A DNA stretch of 64,000 nucleotides from Eledone cirrhosa (taxonomy: Eukaryota). Positions within the stretch are counted from its first letter, which is position 1. Each line of letters starts with the position of its first letter. The translations under genes and the position numbers were made by a program. Below, piece after piece: positions 56,313 through 64,000 of the stretch. The notes beneath the pieces were generated by a model. The model had not been told where the DNA came from and made no database searches. It was given only the letters and a program-made list of their open reading frames with translations. Location: contig OZ024743.1 in assembly GCA_964016885.1 (NCBI GenBank), positions 267,406,001-267,470,000 on the forward strand. The letters run 5' to 3'.

Positions 56313-57144
56313 AGGGGAGAAACAATGCATAGCTTGAAATGATGGCCGATGAAAGAAAGCGAGAACACAAGTTGGAACAGAAGGTAATATAAAATGCTAT
56401 TATAAACGGAAATTTCCTCGGAGATTTCATTTGGGTGAAACACAAGGAAGGGTGTAGAGAGGCCATATGGTGATATCTTCCTGACTGGCATTATACTATG
56501 ACCGTTTTATACATCGAATGACTGGAATGAGAAGACACGGCTGTGATGACGACTGCGTACTGTGGAAAGCAGGAAATTGACGTATAGGTTTTCAGCTTAT
56601 TCTGTGATCAATCAATTCTAATAAAACAAAAAAAAAAGAAGATTGAAAACGGAAAAGATTGAATTTAAAAAAATTAAGTTTTGGATGAATTGACGGAGAA
56701 AATCACAGAATTCGACAGAGAACGGCGGATTTGATGTTGAAAGAGAATTACATTGACATACCATATTACAGAGACATACAGAGACGAGAATATATATATA
56801 TATCTCTGTATGTCTCTGTAATATATATATATATATGGGAGGGGGGTATATAGGTGTGGTGAGTTAAGAGGAGACACATTTTATTTTAAATTTGTACAGA
56901 TAACTGTGTTAAAATATAATCTTTTTCATAAAGGAATTTCTACATGTTTCCTCATTAGTTGTATGAGTCTTTTGGAATATCAGAGAAATTACTACTAAGC
57001 AGATTTATGCTTTAGATATGGTGATGAAAATCTTGAAACCTTCGTAGAGTAAATGTATTTAATCCTTAAATGTTAAAAGAAAAATTGGGAAATACGAAAA
57101 ATCCTTAGAAAAGAATGAAACTCGAATTAAGTCATGTTTGGATA

Positions 57145-57203
<59 letters not shown>

Positions 57204-57238
57204 TATATTGGCGCACATATTTAAAGACATACAAAGAT

Positions 57239-57289
<51 letters not shown>

Positions 57290-57429
57290 TACATATATAT
57301 GCATATATATGCGTATATGCATATACATGCGAAAAATATATAGTAACTATATATGTACATATAAGTGTTAATTGGAGGTATGGACATTAAGAAACGCAGA
57401 TAGATAGAGGATACTATCTTATTAACTGT

Positions 57430-58030
57430 CAATATGGTTGACCTACACAACTTTGAAACCAAAGTAAATGACAAAGGAACATCTTATGAATTGAAAATAC
57501 TTGTAAAGAAACCGAAATCAACGGTAATCAGTAAGAAAGAAAAGTCGCCAAAAATAAATATTGCAATTGAGGCAAAGCTATTTGAAAAGACAGCGAAGTT
57601 AATATACATGGGATATATCGAATCAGAAAACAGGAAATGTGAAGCAGAAATGAAATGAAGGATTGAGATGGCTAGAAAGTCGTTTAAAAAAGTGTCTAAC
57701 GTATTAACATCAAGAAATATTAATATCAAAACCATGGAGTGACGTAAAATGCTATGTAAAGTCCACTATTTTATATGGCGATAGAACATCGACAATCAGA
57801 AAGGTATTATTAAATAGACTAGAAACAGAGCAGATGTAGAAGACTTTCGAGAATATCATGGAGAGAAATAGAAATTAAATATAAATAAAAAATACTTTGA
57901 AAATTGTATTAGATCACATGCAAGCGAGAACGAAATACATTCGGTCGTTTAATTAAAAGCAAAATATGGTTTACAGAGACTATTAATAGAATAGGAAAGC
58001 GAGGATGGGGAAACGGAGGATTACAGGGAT
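57430..58030 (+). mobile_element. RTE-clade LINE 3' fragment
   Basis: LKILVKKPKSTVISK..YMGYIESENRKCEAEMK*RIEMARKSFKKVSNVLTSRNI..CYVKSTILYG. Confidence 0.7.
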
Positions 58031-58064
58031 GGATAATGAATATGAAGAATTTCACAGTTTAAAA

Positions 58065-58162
58065 ATAATTGTTCCTATTTTAGGCACAAGGCCAGCAATT
58101 AACCAGTACATTACTGGTACTTTATTTTATCGACCCCGTAAGGATGAAAGGCAAAGTTAACT
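58065..58162 (-). mobile_element. Truncated SINE
   Basis: ttaggcacaaggccagcaatt...ctggtactttattttatcgaccccgtaaggatgaaaggcaaagttaac. Confidence 0.85.
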
Positions 58163-59641
58163 CTCTATTTCAAAGCATGGTGTCCGACTCTCTGACAGTT
58201 TAAAAATAATGTGAATGTATAATGACAGCACAAGAAAGACTATTAGGTGACCTGCTATAGATGATACCTGCTGAGGAAGATGATGGAAAGGGTAATGAAT
58301 ATATACATATATATATATATAAATACATAATCGGAGAAAGCTAACAGTGATACTCCGGCCAATACATATATATATGAGTGTGTATGTGTGTGAATATGTG
58401 TGTGTAAGTGTATACATATATATATATATACACTCACACACACATATTCACACATATGTATATACATATATATATATATTGTTATACTTGGGGAGGGTCA
58501 TATTTGTGTAATATTGCCAGAATTAATAACAGAACACACTCACTGTTTGGTTGGTTTTCGCTTCTCGCTGTCTTTTATATCTGTAATCTAACTTACTCGG
58601 TCCTCAATGTTGCCATTGACTGACCGACGGTCAAAAATAATACAGATACAATATAGACACAAACACATATATATAGTTTATCATAAATCTTTCGTTGCAC
58701 ATCTGCAACATCGTCAGTGGTGTTTTATTTTCCTACTGTTGTGTTGTATGTCTACGCCATTTTTATTCAGTCTGTCTATATATATATATATATTTGTATA
58801 TATATATATATACATACATATGAGTGTGTATGTGTGTGAATATGTATGTGTGAGTGTATGTATGTATATGCATATTGTCTGGAAAGGAAGTATGGCTGGT
58901 ATGCAATAAAGATATAAAAAGAGTCAAAATGATTTTTCAAAAATACAAAAATGCTAGTGAAATATAGAACAACGAAAAAAAAAATTGTCCCAAAACTCTA
59001 AAAATTTATAGTAATTTCTTAAACTGATATTGAAGAATCTGAGATAACAGCAAGACATAATCATTCCAATTTACCAGCATTGCAATTTATCTTAAAACTG
59101 CCCTGTAATCAATTGCTGTTTATAATGCATCTTGTCTTGCAGGGAATTGGAAAATAGAAGAATACTTTATTTCATGAACGAAGATTGGTAGCTCAATATA
59201 TGTGTGTGTTCATCGGCATGCGTGTGTATATCTGCTCACTTGAGTATATGTTTATATATATTTGTGTAGGTGATCTTATGTGCATAATCCCATTTCCGAG
59301 TGTGAGGATGTATGAGAATATAGAGTTTTCTATAGCCGTATCGTGAAACGTATACATATATTGACTCACATATAGCTGTGAATGCAATTATCTATAAGTA
59401 TCTAACTGAGTATGTGTTTTGGAATATATAATATGTATTTATATGCAAATATGTATATAATTATATCTCTATTTTCCGTCTTTTTACCAAGTTCACTACC
59501 TGCATGTATTCATATCTCTCTCTCTCTCTCTCTCTTTCTCCCCCCCCCCTCTCTCCATCGTAGGGTTTATGTAAATATCTGTTTGCGCATTTTTATTTGA
59601 ATAAATAGAATATTTTTAAATACTTGTATTTTACCGTAATA

Positions 59642-59681
<40 letters not shown>

Positions 59682-59684
<3 letters not shown>

Positions 59685-59880
59685 AAATTAAAAGATGGTT
59701 AAAAAAGTTCCATGTATTTTATTATGCGCATTTCAAAAACAAATATCATCCTAGGACGATATGTGCGTTCTCATCAGATAAAATATGATGAGAACGCACA
59801 TATCGTCCCACGATGATAATTGTTTTTGAAATGCGCATAATAAAATACATGGAACTTGTTTAACCATCTTTTAATTTCTT
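59682..59880. repeat. ~95-bp-arm fold-back (9-nt loop) next to (TA)n
   Basis: aagaaattaaaagatggttaaa...gttctcatca-gataaaata-tgatgagaac...tttaaccatcttttaatttctt. Confidence 0.92.
59715..59785 (-). ncRNA. Type I hammerhead ribozyme, apparently intact (family D)
   Basis: Reverse complement reads tattttat CTGATGA gaacgcacatatcgtcc-ta-ggatgatatttgttttt GAA atgcgcat A ataaaata: perfect 8-bp stem I, long stem II, palindromic stem III AUGCGCAU. Confidence 0.85.
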
Positions 59881-59971
59881 CTTATATATACTCCTGTCCA
59901 ATAAACTGTTGAGTGCTACTTATCCGATATTTTCATTGCTCTATTGTGCTACAATAAAACTCACCTCCTAC

Positions 59972-60016
<45 letters not shown>

Positions 60017-60959
60017 GTGTGTGTGGGGGGGGGGGGGGGGTATGAGCGTATTCCTGTGTCTGCGTGTATCTGTGTGTGTCTATACTTTCCTTTATACTCA
60101 CTCCGCTCCTTCCCATGAATAGACTATTCTGTTTCAATGTCTACCTGGTCACGAAACAGCAGACTTTCAATCTAAAGATCTAGCGTTAACTCTGAATCTA
60201 ATCCACCTAACTTGTGATCACTTATTTACTAAATTAAAAAAATTAAAATTGAAAATATGATGTTACTATTTGCCCACTGCTATAGAATTAAAGGGAGGGA
60301 TTGTAATCTTTGAGCGATGGAAGTACTGGAAATATTAACAGGAAATAATTTACTGAATTCAAGACAAAATAGGATATTCAACTGTAAACACAAGTTCCTT
60401 AAATCATTCTCTAATTATAACCCTACGTAATGCAGGATTGGATCTTATTATTCAACCTTCATCTCAACCTCTATCAATCCTCCCTACCTCAAATAGCCAA
60501 TCTTCATTACAAAGATTGTAGACGCCAAATATTTGTTCTTAACTTCACTTTTATCTACAACTGCCAAACGAACAACTATAGCACTACTTTAGGCTTGTCA
60601 ATGCCATATCTGCAACCGTATCTGTTGTGGCCATGTGGAGACAACTTACACTAAATATATTTATTACCTGGCATCCATTCTGGCTTGAATATATTTTATT
60701 CCATTATTTGTATAGATAGTCACTTCTAAGACAATGGCAAGGACCATTTATGTACAACCAGAGACTGTTGGATACCCCTTGGTCAGCATAATAGCCACTC
60801 CTCCCTACCTTCGCCACTATCAACATATCTAGGAATTACACGTTTCTGATAGATTGTTGCAGTTGAAACGTCTTTTGTAGTGCGTAAATAATTGGAATTA
60901 GCAATATTTCATTGCAAAACCGTAGACAGTGACATAACTCAAGAACGAAACATATGTAA

Positions 60960-61146
60960 TAATTGTTTCTATTATTGGCACAAAGGCCAGCAATTATTCC
61001 AGTGCATTACTGGTACATTATTTTATCGACCCTATAAGGCTGAAAGGTAAAGTTAACCTCGGCGGGATTTGAACACAGACAATAAAGGGGCGTAACTCTA
61101 TGCTGGAAGGCATGGCATCCGACAATCTACCGATACTGCCAATTCA
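60960..61146 (-). mobile_element. tRNA-derived SINE
   Basis: Tail, Nin-like core (tttatcgaccctataaggctgaaaggtaaagttaacctcggcgggatttgaac) and head; similar to 8995-9188. Confidence 0.85.
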
Positions 61147-61873
61147 CGAAACATATGTGATAATGTAAACTCAAATAATATTTTTTCTAATCAAATCTTA
61201 CCTGGGTTTTTTCCCCAACACATTAACTATATATATACTTTGAAATTTACGTATATACACATACACTCGTGTACAACCAGCGCGTTTCCTGTCTAAGGCA
61301 TGTCCAGTTTCAAATGACGGAAAATTATAATAACCAAATTTAAAGAATATGTTTCAACACAAGTTTTCACAGAAAAAGTCTTGCAAATTAAATATAAAAA
61401 TGAACTACGCGCACACACACATATGTGTGTTATTCCCCTTGTGATTTCCACACTTGGTTTAACTTACCACCGTGTCATTCACTTATTTGGTACAGAGCGA
61501 AATACCTGTTGATAACGTGATATACCTTATTCGATCGTTATACACAAAGCTTATATTTTTAAGTAGACTGTATTTTGATTTAGGTGTTGCAGAAACTCTA
61601 CATCGGATTTTAACAGCAATTCCGGGAGTCCATGTCTGGTTATCACTTATTTGTTATCACTTATTTTGTTTTGACCTGTGTAGCTTAATTTGGATTTTGG
61701 CTTGGGTGGTTAACGCTTTCTTGACCACCTTTTCAGTTTTGTATGGCTTCTTAACACATTGTTTAGCTCTGGATTTTAACTATTGAGCACTTTGCCAGTA
61801 TCATTTCTGATTTTTGCGTTTCGCTTCGATTTTACTGCCCGCCAAAAAATGCGATTCTCGCTGACTCTTTATT

Positions 61874-61917
<44 letters not shown>

Positions 61918-61924
<7 letters not shown>

Positions 61925-61993
61925 TCCCCCAAAATGAATACATATTTCAACATCATTCTGATAAATGTGTGTATACATTTTTGGGGACACCTA
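61918..61993. mobile_element. ~75-bp Tc1/mariner-type MITE
   Basis: TA|cagaatgtcccccaaaatg...catttttggggacacct; related to 31914-31988. Confidence 0.55.
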
Positions 61994-62452
61994 TGCCATC
62001 CGTGTTCCCTTTACGGGTCCTTATACATCAAACAAAAGGGACGCCGTATCGTGGATCGTTTCACTGAGCATTTGAAGGACATACGACTCGGGATGGATAC
62101 TCCCGTCGCTCGTCATTTCCGTTCTCCTTGTCGCTCTTCCCGACATGTCTCAGCCCTTGGTGTCCTTTTACATTACGGATCACATCCACTTTTCTAAAAA
62201 AATATATCTTACACAAAACGCCAGCATCAACAATTTTCCATGAGATGTCAACATGAATGGACCTGTTTTTATCTAAAGACATTTATTTCCAATTACACGC
62301 CACCGGTCCCTTCAATCTATTTTATTTCTCATTTTTTTTCTGATGAAGGACTAGCCTCCGAAACGTTAAGACCCTCTTCCTTCTATTTCAAGCGTTAACC
62401 AACTCTATTCCTTCCGTATACTGTACTGATTGTGTTGTTATTTCTGTTTACC
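61994..62452 (+). mobile_element. PLE 3' fragment (Neptune/Poseidon-type GIY-YIG) with pLTR
   Basis: LYIKQKGRRIVDRFTEHLKDIRLGMDTPVARHF, followed by a hammerhead motif and then (TA)n. Confidence 0.8.
62335..62373 (+). ncRNA. Minimal hammerhead ribozyme (family E)
   Basis: CTGATGA a-gga-ctagcc-tcc GAA acgtt A ag; palindromic aacgtt stem III, weak stem I. Confidence 0.65.
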
Positions 62453-62466
62453 TTATATATATATAT

Positions 62467-62731
62467 ATATCACGATAAATTAACGGAGCCATAGACTCTC
62501 GCCATTCCCTGTAAATAATGTGCTCAAAGGAGAGGAAACCCTGAGCTCTTTAAAATACAATATGTTGAAAAGGTAACACACTAGAGAGAGATACAGTGCG
62601 CTATCAATAAAACAGGAAAAAACACCAGTGTATGGAATCTATAACCTATGAAAGGCAGACTATAGACACGATAATTAAAAATATAAATTAAAATGGCGAG
62701 AGTCTATGGCTCCGTTAATTTATCGTGATAT
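62467..62731. repeat. 40-bp perfect inverted repeat with 185-bp spacer
   Basis: atatcacgataaattaacggagccatagactctcgccatt versus aatggcgagagtctatggctccgttaatttatcgtgatat. Confidence 0.9.
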
Positions 62732-63705
62732 TTCGCTCCTTATAACAGTTTTTCCTCTCTCTCTGTTTGGTTGAGCACACTTCTCTGGGTGGTTTTGGGC
62801 TGCCCTTTCTCGTCCCTCAGAGGTTCACTGCCCTTAAACACGCTGTGACTTCTCTCTCGCACATGTAGCTGGACAGTCACTTTAAAAATTCTCTTAGTGT
62901 TGTCTGAAATGTATAGCCTTACACACGCTGAAGAATCAGAGTTATTCAATTTCTGTTAACAACTTACTAGCGAAACAGATCTCTTTGGATTTGTACGTGT
63001 GTTATATAGTTATAGAGGTATGTATTTACGCTTTACTTTATATTTTTAATTATCGTGTCTATAGTCAGCCTTTCATAGGTTATAGATTCCATACACTGGT
63101 GGTTTTTCCCGATTTTATTGATAGCGGACTGTATCACTCTCTACTGTGTTACCTTTTCAACATATTGTATATATATATATATATTATGGACATTTATGTA
63201 GTAATACTATTGAGATGAATTATTAAAATACCAATCCAATATCTAGTATTAATACAGGAGTACGCTTAGTAAAACATTTAATAAATTATTATCCTCTATG
63301 GACATAGCTAATGCTAAAAAAGTATGGCTAAATCATATTCACTAAATCATTTGCGATTTTACAATCTCGATTAATATTTACGGGTAAGACAGATACATGC
63401 AATAAATTACGTTTAACAAAGTATTATTACACAATATGTTCAAGCTAATTTGTATGCGTTAGTTTGTTACTAAATACATTTATAGATATATTTAAAATGT
63501 ACAGAACTAAGGTTACAAATTTACATACATGTTGTAAAATTTGCGATCGTTTCTATACAAGTGACGATTGTAGATGTATATGTAGACAGCACGTAAATCA
63601 AAAACAATTAATTAACAATTATTATACAAAACACAATACATAAACACCTGCATCTCATCAGGAATTATCAATACATATTATTATACATACTTATATTTAG
63701 GTATC

Positions 63706-64000
63706 AGCCGTACTAAAAGTGAGGAATGAAATTTCGTTTCATTCTTTTCCATTTATCGTTTTCGGTGCGCCCGGCCGACTAACTCACACGATATGCAAAT
63801 TAGACTGCTCAGCCGTTAATATGCATAGGGAAAGTATATACTTTCAAACGTTCAATCATCTGACAGAAAGGCTTACGCTGCTGACGATAGATAATAAGCT
63901 TGAAACTAGTACATCGTTCCAGTGTAAGTGTTGAACAAAAGGGCGACGATGGTTGCCGAGCACTGTACGGTGTAATTCGGGCTGTTTGTTTACAAACAAA
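63706..64000 (+). mobile_element. Family-B HHR element (runs off the window); hammerhead at 63875-63917
   Basis: acgctg CTGACGA tagataataagctt GAA actagt A catcgt; homologous to 4530-4790 and 4930-4978. Confidence 0.75.

Noticed and set aside
56335-56385. MMADERKREHKLEQK|gtaata possible first coding exon
   Set aside because: Short, in a purine-rich context, and no downstream exon could be identified.

Overview
This is an AT-rich, microsatellite-dense eukaryotic window with no host protein-coding gene that I can support. The SINE motifs and simple repeats look like an octopus/coleoid genome, which is an inference from memory. Nearly all ORFs in the track are translations of simple repeats or decayed transposons. 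Recognisable content: three decayed L1/Tx1-clade LINEs, two R4/Dong-like RLE retroelements, an RTE fragment, several Penelope-like element (PLE) GIY-YIG remnants, about ten tRNA-derived SINEs and small MITEs. There is also a ~3.27 kb x3 tandem array (33.9-43.8 kb); each unit holds a 1181-bp non-autonomous Helitron whose empty AT target site is visible at 32906/32907. The most striking signal is non-coding: more than a dozen type-I hammerhead ribozyme motifs (intact and degenerate, counting array copies) from at least five sequence families. Most sit next to (TA)n tracts inside inverted duplications, and one family appears circularly permuted between two loci, like a retrozyme. In four inverted pairs one arm keeps the CUGANGA box while the other has lost C3. 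All structures were paired by eye; no folding or database search was run.
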